The notes under the pieces were generated by a model that was given only the letters and a program-made list of their open reading frames with translations, made no database searches and was not told where the DNA came from. Below are positions 29,310 through 39,015 of a stretch of 45,655 nucleotides of DNA, piece after piece; positions within the stretch are counted from its first letter, which is position 1, and every line of letters starts with the position of its first letter. A program made the translations under genes and the position numbers. This DNA comes from a virus. The stretch lies in the IMG/VR virus record IMGVR_UViG_3300033179_000004, positions 1 through 45,655 of that record; one strand, written 5' to 3'.

Positions 29310-30752
29310 ATGCTCTCAGCGGAGAAAGCTGCGGCGGAAATCATCCGGCGCAAGCAAATCCGCACGTCGCTAGCCAAGTGGGCCGAACATTGCGGCTACC
29401 TTCCGGCCCGGCATCATCGGTTGTTGATCGAATATCTTGAGAAGGTGGCGCGCGGCGAGATCATGCGGCTCGCGGTATTCATGCCGCCCGGCTCGGCGAA
29501 ATCGACCTACGCCTCCATTCTGTTTCCGTCGTGGGTATTAAGTCAGGACCCCAAGGCGCAGTTCCTTGCGGCCTCGCACACCACCGAACTGGCGGAACGC
29601 TGGGGCCGCCGCGTCCGAAATCTTGTGCTTGAAAATTCTTCGATCCTGAATATTCAACTGTCCGAAGAACAGGCGGCGGGTCGCTGGGGCCTGTCGGCGG
29701 GCGGGGAGTATATGGCGGCGGGTGCCAACGTCGGCATCGCTGGCTTTCGGGCAAAATACGGATTGATCGATGATCCCATTCGTTCGCGTCAAGACGCTGA
29801 TAGTCTTCTGGTTCGGGATAGGATTTGGGACTGGTATATTAATGATTTCCGCCCTCGTCTTATTCCTCATGCCCGTCAGGTTCTGATCCAAACCCGCTGG
29901 CATGAGGACGACCTCGCCGGTCGCTGCCTCAACCATCAGCCCTGGGAAGTGCTGTCGCTTCCCGCCTTCGCCAAGGTCGATGACCAACTTGGTCGCGGCC
30001 TCGATGAGCCGCTGTGGGACGATGACGAATACGGCTACGGCACGCAGCTAAGGGCGCTGCGCGAGACCACACCGCCTAGGGTGTGGAGTAGCCTGTATAT
30101 GTGCGCGCCCGCGCCGGACGAAGGCGATTTCTTCAAGGAGGATTGGCTCAAGCCGGTCGATATCATGCCGTCGATGGCGTCGATGCGGACCTATGGCGCA
30201 TCGGACTATGCCGTCACCAGCGCGGACGGCGACTTCACCGTGCATGTCGTGTTCGGCCTCGATCACCTCAACAACCTTTATCTACTGGACGTGTGGCGCG
30301 GTCAGAAATCATCTGACGTGTGGGTCGAGGCGCTGTGCGATCTCATTCAGAAATATCGCCCGCTGGCGTGGGCCGAAGAGAACGGCCAGATCAAATCCGG
30401 CATCGGCCCGTTCCTGACCAAGCGGATGAGCGAGCGCCGGGTCTACGTCAACCGCGAAAGCTTCCCGACGCGCGGCGACAAGGCGGTGCGGGCGCGGTCC
30501 ATTCAGGGCCGGATGGCGCTCGACGGTCTGTATTATCCCAAGAAGGCACCGTGGGTCGCCGACTGGCTGGCCGAACTGTTGACCTTCCCGGCCTCGAAAC
30601 ATGACGACCAATGCGACGCAATGGGCCTCGTTGGTCAGTTGCTCGACAAGATGGTGCGGGGCCGGGTCGGGCAACCGCAAAGCGTCAAGCTTCCCGATGA
30701 CGGCTATCGCGCCGAACGGAAAATCAAAACAGTGGATGCCATGACCATATGA
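29310..30752 (+). CDS. terL: Terminase large subunit
   Basis: Walker A-like FMPPGSAKST, Walker B-like YGLIDDP, coupling motif QTRWHEDD, and a C-terminal nuclease-like YGASDYAV...FTVHVVFGLD. Confidence 0.85.
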   Translation: MLSAEKAAAEIIRRKQIRTSLAKWAEHCGYLPARHHRLLIEYLEKVARGEIMRLAVFMPPGSAKSTYASILFPSWVLSQDPKAQFLAASHTTELAERWGRRVRNLVLENSSILNIQLSEEQAAGRWGLSAGGEYMAAGANVGIAGFRAKYGLIDDPIRSRQDADSLLVRDRIWDWYINDFRPRLIPHARQVLIQTRWHEDDLAGRCLNHQPWEVLSLPAFAKVDDQLGRGLDEPLWDDDEYGYGTQLRALRETTPPRVWSSLYMCAPAPDEGDFFKEDWLKPVDIMPSMASMRTYGASDYAVTSADGDFTVHVVFGLDHLNNLYLLDVWRGQKSSDVWVEALCDLIQKYRPLAWAEENGQIKSGIGPFLTKRMSERRVYVNRESFPTRGDKAVRARSIQGRMALDGLYYPKKAPWVADWLAELLTFPASKHDDQCDAMGLVGQLLDKMVRGRVGQPQSVKLPDDGYRAERKIKTVDAMTI

Positions 30753-32830
30753 TTACGCTTGAGGCGGAACGGGCGGAAGTCGATAACGACCACGATGGCA
30801 CTGATGGATCGAAGCTGACCGTCCGCCGCCGCGAGTTTGAAGATTACGCCAGCATTAAAGCCCGCGAGATCGGCGAACAGCGCGCGTCATGGCGCTACTA
30901 CCACGTTGACCAATGGACGATTGAGCAACTGAAAGTTCTCAACAAGCGACATCAACCGGCGATCACCTTCGACCGCACCGGGCGCAAGATCGACAGTTTG
31001 AGCGGCACCATCCGCCGACTGCGCACCGATCCCAAAGCCTACCCCAACACGCCGAAGGGCGAGCAGGGCGCGGAAGTCGCCACCCAGGTTATCCGGACCA
31101 TCAACGACGCTTCGTTCGCCGAAGATTTGGAAGTCGAGTGCTGCCGCGACGGTTTGATCCACGGCTTTGGCGTGGATGAATTGATCCTAGGGACCGGCGA
31201 CAAAGGCGATCCGGACCTCCGGTTTGCCTATGTCGATCCGAAAACGTTCTTCTACGATCCGCGTTCACTGCGGAGCAATTTTCAGGATGTCCGGTTCCAC
31301 GGGGTTTATAAGTGGGCCGACATCGATGAACTGGAAGCGCTGTCGCCTGACGCGCCCGACAAGGTCAAGGCGGCGCTCGGCGATGATGGCGGCTACTTCA
31401 CCGCGTTCGACACCGACCGCGACAATATGTGGATCGATAGCCGCAAGCGCGTCCGCCTGATCGATCATTGGTACAAGCGCGGCGGCATCTGGATGTGGTG
31501 CCTGCACACGGGCACCGTCGAGATCATGAGCGGCGAAAGCCCGTTCAAGAACGAACGCGGCATGTCGATCTCGAAATACAATGCCTTCGCCAACATGATC
31601 GATATCGACGGCGATCACTACGGCTTTATCCGCAGGCTTCGCGGCCCGCAGGATGCGATGAACCAGCATCGCTCCAAAGCCATCCACATCATGAATACCC
31701 GGCAGATCAAAATTCAGGAAGGCAGCGTTGATGATGTGGAAGTCACCCGTCGAGAAGCAGCTAGGCCAGATGGCACGCTGGTTTATCGCGGCGACAAAAA
31801 CAATCTTGAGATCATTCAGCCGGAAAGCGAGTTCCTGCAACAGACCAAATACTACGAAGACGCCAAATCCGAAATCGACAGCTTCGGACCGAACCAACAG
31901 TTGATCCAGGAGTTCGGGCAGAACGTTTCGGGGCGTGCCGCCAACATGCTGCAACAGGCTGGCCTCGCCGAACTCGGTCCGTTCCTGAAAAATTTCCGGA
32001 TGTGGAAGCTTGAGCGTTACCGGATGGCGTGGGTGGCAGCACAGACCCATTGGACCGCAGAGCGGATGCTTCGCGTCACCGATGACGAGGGCGTGGCGCA
32101 GTTCATGCAGATCAACGGCGTCGAGTTCGATCCGTGGGGCCGCCCGATGCTGGTCAACCAACTCGGCAACATCGATGTCGAGATCAAGGTCGATGAGGGC
32201 CGCGACAGCGAAACCGTGATGGGCGACATCTTCGATCTGTTGATGGGCCTGTCTCAGAACAACGTGCCGGTGCCGCCGCAAGTGATCATTCAGGCATCGG
32301 GCCTGCCTTTGAGCGAAAAGAAGAAACTGATCGCGATGCTGTCGCAGCCCGATCCGGTCAAGCAGGCCGCGCAACAGGCGACCATCGACAAGACGGTGGC
32401 GGAAGCCGAGAAGCTGCGCGCCGAAGCGCAGAAGTCGCTCACCGCTGGCGCGCTCAACATGGCGCGGGTGCAGACCGAAGGCATGCCGGACGGACAGCCC
32501 GAACAAAAGGGTCCGCTCGACATCATGCAGCAAATCGCCGACATCCGCGAAACGGAAGCCACTGCCGTACACAAGCAGGCATCGGCCAAGTCGCTGATGG
32601 AAAAGGATCAGATGTCGCCGCTGCAATTGCTGGCGGATCACTCGCAACGCAATGCCGACCGCATGACCTCTACTGTGGAGAAGATTGCGGAGCGCGGCTT
32701 TGAGCATTTCCATCGCACGCAGGATCGCGATCTGGATCACTTCCACCGTATCAAGGATCGTGAGGAACAAGGCAAGGATCGCGACGCCCAATTGCAGGCG
32801 GCGCGCGAGAGGCCGCGACCTCAAAAGTAA
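30749..32830 (+). CDS. Portal protein (693 aa)
   Basis: ATGA-coupled to terL, and its size and position are typical. The C-terminal tail is charged. The assignment is positional rather than motif-based. Confidence 0.6.
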   Translation: MITLEAERAEVDNDHDGTDGSKLTVRRREFEDYASIKAREIGEQRASWRYYHVDQWTIEQLKVLNKRHQPAITFDRTGRKIDSLSGTIRRLRTDPKAYPNTPKGEQGAEVATQVIRTINDASFAEDLEVECCRDGLIHGFGVDELILGTGDKGDPDLRFAYVDPKTFFYDPRSLRSNFQDVRFHGVYKWADIDELEALSPDAPDKVKAALGDDGGYFTAFDTDRDNMWIDSRKRVRLIDHWYKRGGIWMWCLHTGTVEIMSGESPFKNERGMSISKYNAFANMIDIDGDHYGFIRRLRGPQDAMNQHRSKAIHIMNTRQIKIQEGSVDDVEVTRREAARPDGTLVYRGDKNNLEIIQPESEFLQQTKYYEDAKSEIDSFGPNQQLIQEFGQNVSGRAANMLQQAGLAELGPFLKNFRMWKLERYRMAWVAAQTHWTAERMLRVTDDEGVAQFMQINGVEFDPWGRPMLVNQLGNIDVEIKVDEGRDSETVMGDIFDLLMGLSQNNVPVPPQVIIQASGLPLSEKKKLIAMLSQPDPVKQAAQQATIDKTVAEAEKLRAEAQKSLTAGALNMARVQTEGMPDGQPEQKGPLDIMQQIADIRETEATAVHKQASAKSLMEKDQMSPLQLLADHSQRNADRMTSTVEKIAERGFEHFHRTQDRDLDHFHRIKDREEQGKDRDAQLQAARERPRPQK

Positions 32831-32919
32831 TCGTCTGCTCGGCACGTCAGTCCGAGTTCGTTTCGCCCGTTGACGACATAACGGGTTCGTCTGCTCGCCA
32901 CGATAGCGCGAGTTCGTTT
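32831..32919 (+). repeat. Two 33-bp direct repeats, each a hairpin with a compensatory stem change
   Basis: R1 at 32831-32863 is TCGTCTG[CTCGG...CCGAG]TTCGTTT. R2 at 32887-32919 is TCGTCTG[CTCGC...GCGAG]TTCGTTT. Confidence 0.6.
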
Positions 32920-32950
32920 GCGGGCACGATAGTCCCACGGAGACCATGAC

Positions 32951-33805
32951 ATGACTGACGTTACGCAAGGCGCTGACGCGCCTGACGATAGTGCTTTGTT
33001 CAATGAAGCGACTGCGACTGAAACGCTCGAAAAATTCGAGAACCCTGTTCTGCCCGAACCCAAGCCAATCGAAACGCCGGTCGAGAAGCCGGTCGAGAAG
33101 GTTGAGCCAAAGGAGGACGAGGCGGCTCTAGTCCCCGCGCAGCGATTGCGCGAGGCCAATGAGGCGCGGCGTCAGGCGGAACGCGAGCGTGATGAAGCGC
33201 GAACTTGGTACGAGCGGCAGCAGCGGCAACCGCCGCAGCAACAGCCGCAAGAACCTCCGAAGGTTGATCTGTTTGAAAACCCTCAGGAGTTCGTGCAGCA
33301 ACAGTTCAAGCCCTACTTTGAACGAATGGAAGCGCAGCAAGAGTTGCAGCGCGAAGCGATGTCTCGCAACGTTGCGATCCACTTGCACGGCGGCGAGAAA
33401 GTGAACGCGGCATATCAGGCCCTCGAACAAGGCCTGAATTCTCGCGATCCCTATGCCTTGTATACCTACCAGCAAGCCAGAAGCAGCTACGACCCTTATG
33501 GGGTCATCATGCAATGGCACCAGAACGCAGAGAGCCTGCGCACGATTGGTAATGATCCAAAGGCATATCGCGCCCGCACTGAGGAAGAACTTCTCAGCGA
33601 TCCGGAGCATTTGCGGAAAGCCATCGAGAAGTCCCGATCTCAGGCACTGGCGACGAATAACAACGTCGCACGTCCAGTCACCAGGTCATCGGTCGCCTCT
33701 AGTCCGTCGCTCGGAAATTTCGGCGCGGGAGGCACTGACGAAACACCGGTAGAGCCTAACGACAACGATTTGTTCCGGGCCGCAGTCAACGCAAAGCGGC
33801 GCTGA
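32951..33805 (+). CDS. Scaffolding protein candidate
   Basis: Highly charged, Glu/Gln/Arg-rich and probably helical. It lies between the portal and capsid genes. Confidence 0.5.
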   Translation: MTDVTQGADAPDDSALFNEATATETLEKFENPVLPEPKPIETPVEKPVEKVEPKEDEAALVPAQRLREANEARRQAERERDEARTWYERQQRQPPQQQPQEPPKVDLFENPQEFVQQQFKPYFERMEAQQELQREAMSRNVAIHLHGGEKVNAAYQALEQGLNSRDPYALYTYQQARSSYDPYGVIMQWHQNAESLRTIGNDPKAYRARTEEELLSDPEHLRKAIEKSRSQALATNNNVARPVTRSSVASSPSLGNFGAGGTDETPVEPNDNDLFRAAVNAKRR

Positions 33806-33839
33806 TCATTGACGCGCCGCTACCCCAAGGGGTGCGGCT

Positions 33840-35042
33840 ATGCTTACGAGCAATCACACCAATAACGAACTGATCAAATTCCGCCGTCAGGTCATTTCGG
33901 ATTTTCTTAGGCGGTCGCGGTTCGATCCGTTCATGGGCGATGCCTCCACGTCGGTCATCGTCCGCATTGCCGATCTCGAAAGCGACGGCAAGCAAGTCAA
34001 CATTCCTCTCGTCAACCAGTTGACCGGCGACGGTGTCGGTGCCGGTACGCTGCGCGGCAACGAGGAAATGCTGGACAGTTACGGCTATCCGCTGTGGGCT
34101 GATTGGGCACGCAACGCGGTTGCCAACAACCGGGCGCAGAACAAGGAAAGTTCGTTCAACGTCCGCTCCACCGCCCGCGAATTGCTTCGCGGCTGGGCAC
34201 GCCGCATCGTTCGTGACGATCTGACCGACAGCCTGTTGTCGATCCCGACCGCCGCGATCCAGGCCAACCGCCTGACCGTGCCGGGCAACCGGGTCAACGG
34301 CATCAGGTGGGGTTCCGCCACCGCCGCCAATAAGAACGCTTGGACGGCGGCGAACTATGACCGCGTGCTGTTCGGTTCGGCGATTGCCAACTATTCGCCG
34401 ACGTGGGCCACCGGCATGGGTCAGGTCGATAGCACCGCCGACAAGATGTCTGCGGCTGTCGGCTCGCTCGCCAAGCAGATGGCGAAAGCGTCCGGCATCG
34501 ATAGCGCCAACCCCGGCATCTACAACGGTCGCCCAAAGATCACGCCTTGGGAGATCGAAGAACTCGATGAAGAAATGTACGTTTGCTTTTTGGGCGACCG
34601 TGCATTCATTCAGTTGCAGGCCGATGCGACGATGTATCAGGCCAACCGCGATGCGCGTGCGCGGGAAGGCAACGCCACCAAAACCAACCCGATCTTTACC
34701 GGTGGCGCGCTGCTCTATGACGGCATCCTCTACAAGAACATTCCTGAAATCACTCAGCGTTTGCTCTTGAAGGGCGCGGGTGCCGGTGGCGTTACCGCCG
34801 CTGGCGACTGCGAACCATTCTTTCTCTGTGGTCAGGCGGCGATGGCCTACGCAATGGGCCAGATGCCGCGCCCGACGCAGTTGGAAGATGGCGACTACGA
34901 TTTCGTCACCGGTCTCGGCATCGAAGCGCAGTACGGCGTTGGCAAGATCGCCAAGGCCCCGCTGTCCATCGGTGCAGCCGCGACCGCTGGCGATCTTGTG
35001 GATTGGGGCATGGTGACGGGGTTCGTCGCTACGCCCGGATAA
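33840..35042 (+). CDS. Major capsid protein
   Basis: 400 aa, in the expected position. It is followed by a strong terminator. The N-terminal region resembles capsid proteins of the N4-gp56-type family as I recall them. Confidence 0.65.
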   Translation: MLTSNHTNNELIKFRRQVISDFLRRSRFDPFMGDASTSVIVRIADLESDGKQVNIPLVNQLTGDGVGAGTLRGNEEMLDSYGYPLWADWARNAVANNRAQNKESSFNVRSTARELLRGWARRIVRDDLTDSLLSIPTAAIQANRLTVPGNRVNGIRWGSATAANKNAWTAANYDRVLFGSAIANYSPTWATGMGQVDSTADKMSAAVGSLAKQMAKASGIDSANPGIYNGRPKITPWEIEELDEEMYVCFLGDRAFIQLQADATMYQANRDARAREGNATKTNPIFTGGALLYDGILYKNIPEITQRLLLKGAGAGGVTAAGDCEPFFLCGQAAMAYAMGQMPRPTQLEDGDYDFVTGLGIEAQYGVGKIAKAPLSIGAAATAGDLVDWGMVTGFVATPG

Positions 35043-35083
35043 GTCGGGTTCGCGCTCGCGCGATACCTTCCTCCCTAGACTTG

Positions 35084-35116
35084 GGGCAGCGTTCGCGCGC
35101 TGCCCTTTTTTCTTTT
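35084..35116 (+). terminator. Rho-independent terminator after the capsid gene
   Basis: GGGCAGCG-TTCGCG-CGCTGCCC followed by TTTTTTCTTTT. Confidence 0.75.
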
Positions 35117-35132
35117 CTCCAACGACAGGACC

Positions 35133-35558
35133 ATGATCATGGCCATTCGTGTTGCCTACCGTCAGCCGCAGGCTGGCTCGCAGGGTTTCGCCCGCACCAA
35201 GAAAGTGTTCGGTGGCCCGACCGTTACGCTCATTGCGGTGGACGTGACGCTTAACTCAAATACCGCCATCGCCCGCGTGCCCAAGGGTTTTGTCCTACAG
35301 AGCGGCACTTGCGTCTTTGGTGCTTGCGACAGCGGCGCGACCCTTTCGATGTCGGTTGGTTACGCAGGCGCGCTTGCGGCGATTGCTGCGACCTCAACCA
35401 CGCCACGCGCGGGCGGTTCCGTCGCGCTGGCAGCGATCCCGGCAGCGGGCATCGAGTTCACCGATGACACCGACATCCTGCTCACCGCGACCGCCGCAGG
35501 GGCGGGTCTTGGTGCCACGCCCACGGCCTTGCTCACGATGGAAGGTTACATCAAGTAA
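35133..35558 (+). CDS. Hypothetical structural protein (141 aa; decoration candidate)
   Basis: Ala/Gly/Thr-rich, directly after the capsid gene. An alternative start lies at 35139. Confidence 0.45.
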   Translation: MIMAIRVAYRQPQAGSQGFARTKKVFGGPTVTLIAVDVTLNSNTAIARVPKGFVLQSGTCVFGACDSGATLSMSVGYAGALAAIAATSTTPRAGGSVALAAIPAAGIEFTDDTDILLTATAAGAGLGATPTALLTMEGYIK

Positions 35559-35561
35559 TTT

Positions 35562-35611
35562 GAACCGTTCGTAATATAGAACGTTTCACATGAAACATCG
35601 TAACCATTAGG
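35562..35611. promoter_or_regulatory. AT-rich dyad cluster inside the structural operon
   Basis: GAAC-C-GTTC (35562-35570), GTTTCA-CA-TGAAAC (35583-35596), and the operator-like CGTAACCATTAGG (35599-35611). Confidence 0.3.
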
Positions 35612-35620
35612 ACAGTCACC

Positions 35621-35806
35621 ATGCCCAAATTGAGCGTCGTCTACAAAGCCCCTCCGGGCGACAGCAAAGTGACGGAACTCTACGGCCACACCTTCTATGA
35701 CGGCAAAGCCGAAGATGTCGAAGTCACCGACGAACAGGCGGAAAAGATCAAAGCCAACCCGGTGTTTCAGCCGGGCGGGCGAGCGCCGCCAGCCAAGGAA
35801 AAATAA
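35621..35806 (+). CDS. Hypothetical small protein (61 aa)
   Basis: ORF bracketed by a regulatory-looking spacer and a terminator. Confidence 0.45.
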   Translation: MPKLSVVYKAPPGDSKVTELYGHTFYDGKAEDVEVTDEQAEKIKANPVFQPGGRAPPAKEK

Positions 35807-35812
35807 GCAACA

Positions 35813-35842
35813 GGGGCCGGTTGATCCGGCCCCTTTCTTTTT
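35813..35842 (+). terminator. Rho-independent terminator
   Basis: GGGGCCGG-TTGAT-CCGGCCCC followed by TTTCTTTTT. Confidence 0.75.
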
Positions 35843-35854
35843 GGGGAGATCAGC

Positions 35855-36259
35855 ATGGCGATCCAGTTCATTGACGGTCCCGTGATCGACGCGGGCCAAA
35901 GCCTTTCCAACGTCGCCGATTGCCGCGCGGGCGATATCGTGCGGCTGACCATGCCGTCCGGTTGGGACGCGGTCCCGCTGACGTTCCAGATTTCCAGCGA
36001 TGGCACGTTTTTCAACGACGTGTTTACCCACGACGGTCACGAAGTCACGGTTGCGGTAGAGCCGGGCTGTGCGGTGATCGTTCCCGTCAACTTCCTCGCC
36101 GCTGCTGCCTTCATCAAATTCCGGTCCGGCACCCGCAGCAATCCGGTCCCGCAATCGGCAGGGCGGCTGTTCGCCATTTCGCTCAAGGTGCCTGACGTAC
36201 CCACCGGAACGCCGCCAACCGAAGACCCTCCGGTCATCAACATCAAGCTGGTGCGCTGA
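35855..36259 (+). CDS. Hypothetical structural protein (134 aa)
   Basis: GGGGAGA Shine-Dalgarno. Confidence 0.5.
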   Translation: MAIQFIDGPVIDAGQSLSNVADCRAGDIVRLTMPSGWDAVPLTFQISSDGTFFNDVFTHDGHEVTVAVEPGCAVIVPVNFLAAAAFIKFRSGTRSNPVPQSAGRLFAISLKVPDVPTGTPPTEDPPVINIKLVR

Positions 36260-36597
36260 TGTCCCTGACGCACAGTTCTGATGAACTGATCAATCGGACG
36301 GCGGCGCTGCTCGGCAAGTTCGTGCCGGGCGAGGCCTTGGGTGCGGTCGAGAGTGACACCATCAGCCGCTGCATCGATGACGTGCTGGCGGAAGTCGGCA
36401 AGATCGTGGTGATCGATAAGGAGCAAGTTCCGAACGCCTATTTCGAGACGGTGGCGCGGCTGTGCGCGATCTATGCGGCGGCAGACTTCTCCAACCAGCC
36501 GCTCGACCTTCAAGCGGTCCTCAACCACGAACAGCGCTTGCGCTACCTGGTTGCTCAATCGCCGACCTACGAAGTGCTGGCGACGAATTTCTTCTAA
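36259..36597 (+). CDS. Head-tail connector/adaptor candidate (112 aa)
   Basis: Assigned by position and size only. 1-nt overlaps at both ends. Confidence 0.35.
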   Translation: MSLTHSSDELINRTAALLGKFVPGEALGAVESDTISRCIDDVLAEVGKIVVIDKEQVPNAYFETVARLCAIYAAADFSNQPLDLQAVLNHEQRLRYLVAQSPTYEVLATNFF

Positions 36598-38036
36598 TGG
36601 TGGATGTCCCGCTCCCCCTCTTGACCGCACCGGGCAGGCTCCCGCAGGCGGCAGGGGGCCGCCTGATCAACACCTATCCGGAGAAGCTTCCGGCAACCGC
36701 TGGCAAGCCGCATGCCTACTGGCGGACGCCCGGCCTGAGGCCGTGGGGCACGTCGGCGGGCACCAATTATCGCGGCGCGTTGCTCGTCAATAACCTGATC
36801 TATGCGGTCATCAGCAACACCGTTTACACCTTCTCGGTGATCGGCGGGGCGGGCACGGCGCTGACCGGCACACTGCCGGGCACGCTGCCGGTGACGATGG
36901 CACGGAACAATAAACCGGTGCCGGATATCGTGATTGTTGCACCCGGCGACGGTGCCTTTGTCATCACGGCGGCGGCCCCCACGACCGTCGTGGGCTACCC
37001 GAACGGCTCGGGCGGCCTGATCCTCGGCTCGCCGAATGCGGTGGTGTTCCATCGCGGGTTTTTCATCTTCACCTTTGGCGACGGGCACTCCCAGGCGAGC
37101 AAGGTCAATTCGATTGACATTGTGTCACTCGACAACGCCACCGCCGAAAGCAAGCCCGATACGCTCTATCGCCCGATCCCGCTCGGTAACGGCCAACTCT
37201 TGCTATGCGGATCGACCACGCTGGAAGTCTGGGGCGGCACCGTCAACGATGTCGGCTATCCCTTCAACTACGTCGCCACCGTCCCGCGCGGCCTCGTCGG
37301 CATCAACGCGATTGCCGGTCACGATGACGGCTTCGGCAAGGGCATCTTTCTGGTGGGAGACGATTTCAAGGTTTCGACCTTGGACGGCTACACCACCGTT
37401 CCAGTTTCGACGCCCGACATCGATTTGTTGATTGAGAAGGAACCCGACAAAACCCTGATCACGGTCGGCGTCTACGTCAGTCAGGGACACGGTGTCGTGG
37501 TGGTGCAAGGGCCGAACTGGTGTTGGGAATACGACACCACGTTGCAGAACTGGCATGAACGCAAGTCGCACCTTGTCGATTACTGGCGCGGCAAATTCCC
37601 GATTGCGGCGTTCGGGCAGTGGATCGCGGGCGACAAAAAGAGCGGCAACCTTGCCGTTATCGACGGTCTGACCAATACGGAATTTGGCGATCCGCTGTTG
37701 ATCACCATCGAGACCGGCCCGATGGGTGCGTTCCCGAACAAGATCAGGATCAACGGCATTGAACTCTATCTGACCAAAGGCGTCGGCAAGGCGACCGGCG
37801 CTGATCCGTTGGAGACCGATCCGGACATTTCGATTTCGATTTCACGCGACGGCGGCCAGACGTGGAGCAATCCGCGCGTCATCAAGATCGGTCGCCAATC
37901 ACTGACCGATCAGCGGGTGCGTTCATCGATTTGGGGACAGGCACAAAATCAGGGCGTGCGCTGGCGCATTCGCGAGAGTGCGCCGCTGTCGTTCGGCTTC
38001 ATGGGGATCGATATGCAGGTGGATAAGCTGTTGTGA
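36597..38036 (+). CDS. Virion structural protein (479 aa), tail tube/knob candidate
   Basis: ATG at 36597 (TAATG). Beta-rich. The assignment is positional. Confidence 0.45.
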   Translation: MVDVPLPLLTAPGRLPQAAGGRLINTYPEKLPATAGKPHAYWRTPGLRPWGTSAGTNYRGALLVNNLIYAVISNTVYTFSVIGGAGTALTGTLPGTLPVTMARNNKPVPDIVIVAPGDGAFVITAAAPTTVVGYPNGSGGLILGSPNAVVFHRGFFIFTFGDGHSQASKVNSIDIVSLDNATAESKPDTLYRPIPLGNGQLLLCGSTTLEVWGGTVNDVGYPFNYVATVPRGLVGINAIAGHDDGFGKGIFLVGDDFKVSTLDGYTTVPVSTPDIDLLIEKEPDKTLITVGVYVSQGHGVVVVQGPNWCWEYDTTLQNWHERKSHLVDYWRGKFPIAAFGQWIAGDKKSGNLAVIDGLTNTEFGDPLLITIETGPMGAFPNKIRINGIELYLTKGVGKATGADPLETDPDISISISRDGGQTWSNPRVIKIGRQSLTDQRVRSSIWGQAQNQGVRWRIRESAPLSFGFMGIDMQVDKLL

Positions 38037-38230
38037 CCAAGATCGCACTGCCCGCGCAGACTGTGAAGATGGACATCGCTGCCGGTGTTGAGCCGGTCTG
38101 GTACGAAAAACTTCAGCAACTCACGGCGTTCGCCAATCTTTTTTCCGAAATCAATCCGGCGACGCTGACCAACGGTCAAGTGCTGATCTGGAACGCTGCG
38201 CAAAAGAAGTTTTTGCCGGGAGCAAACTGA
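38033..38230 (+). CDS. Hypothetical protein (65 aa)
   Basis: GTGA overlap start. Confidence 0.45.
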   Translation: MTKIALPAQTVKMDIAAGVEPVWYEKLQQLTAFANLFSEINPATLTNGQVLIWNAAQKKFLPGAN

Positions 38231-39015
38231 TGGCAGGCTTTTTCGATACCCTGTTCGGCGGTGGTGCCGAACGTGAGGCCGCAGACAAAAACCGGGCTGC
38301 GACGGCTGGCTATGGCAGCGAAGCACAGGGCTTCCTCAAGACCGGCTATGACACGGGCGTCGGCAACATCGGTCAGGCTATCGACGCCTATAAGCCGCTG
38401 TCGGCGCTGGCGGGAAAATACAATCAGGGCGGCGACCTCTACCTCGATGCGTTGGGCGTCAACGGCCCCGCAGGCAACACGCGCGCGACCGGCGCATTCC
38501 AGAACGCGCCCGGCTATCAGGGTGCGGTGACGGCGGGCCTCGATGTTCTCAACCGCAGGCGCGCGGGCCAAGGCATGGCGGCGAGCGGCAACGCCGACAT
38601 CGACGCGCTGACGTTCGGGCAGAACCTTCAAAACCAACAATACAATACTTGGCTGCAAAATCTGCAAGGCGCGGGCAACACCGGGGCCGGTCTAACGGGG
38701 CAGGCTGCACAGGGGCAGGCGGGCGGCTACACCAATCTTGCCAACCTCGCGCAGACTTATGCGGGCAATCAGACCGGCGTCGCGGGCAACGTGCTGGGCG
38801 GCAACGTCAACGCCAATAACCTACAGGCAGCGGGCGAAGCGGCGGGTGCGAAAAACCTTCTCGGTGCGGGCCTGTCGGTGGCATCGCTGGCGATGGGCGG
38901 CTTCGGTGGCGGCGGTCTCGGCAGTATGTTGGGCGGCATGGGCGGCATGGGCGGCGGTGGCGGCACCGCAGGCACCATGCAAGTCGGCAGTCAGTTCTTT
39001 CCGAAGTTCTCCTAA
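38230..39015 (+). CDS. Gly/Gln/Asn-rich virion protein (261 aa)
   Basis: C-terminal poly-Gly stretch GGFGGGGLGSMLGGMGGMGGGGG. Confidence 0.5.
   Translation: MAGFFDTLFGGGAEREAADKNRAATAGYGSEAQGFLKTGYDTGVGNIGQAIDAYKPLSALAGKYNQGGDLYLDALGVNGPAGNTRATGAFQNAPGYQGAVTAGLDVLNRRRAGQGMAASGNADIDALTFGQNLQNQQYNTWLQNLQGAGNTGAGLTGQAAQGQAGGYTNLANLAQTYAGNQTGVAGNVLGGNVNANNLQAAGEAAGAKNLLGAGLSVASLAMGGFGGGGLGSMLGGMGGMGGGGGTAGTMQVGSQFFPKFS

Noticed and set aside
31265-32968. 567-aa minus-strand ORF antisense to the portal gene
   Set aside because: It is Arg/Leu/Ala/His-rich and low-complexity, as expected for a shadow frame of a GC-rich gene. It has no start context, and the plus-strand portal ORF is ATGA-coupled to terL.
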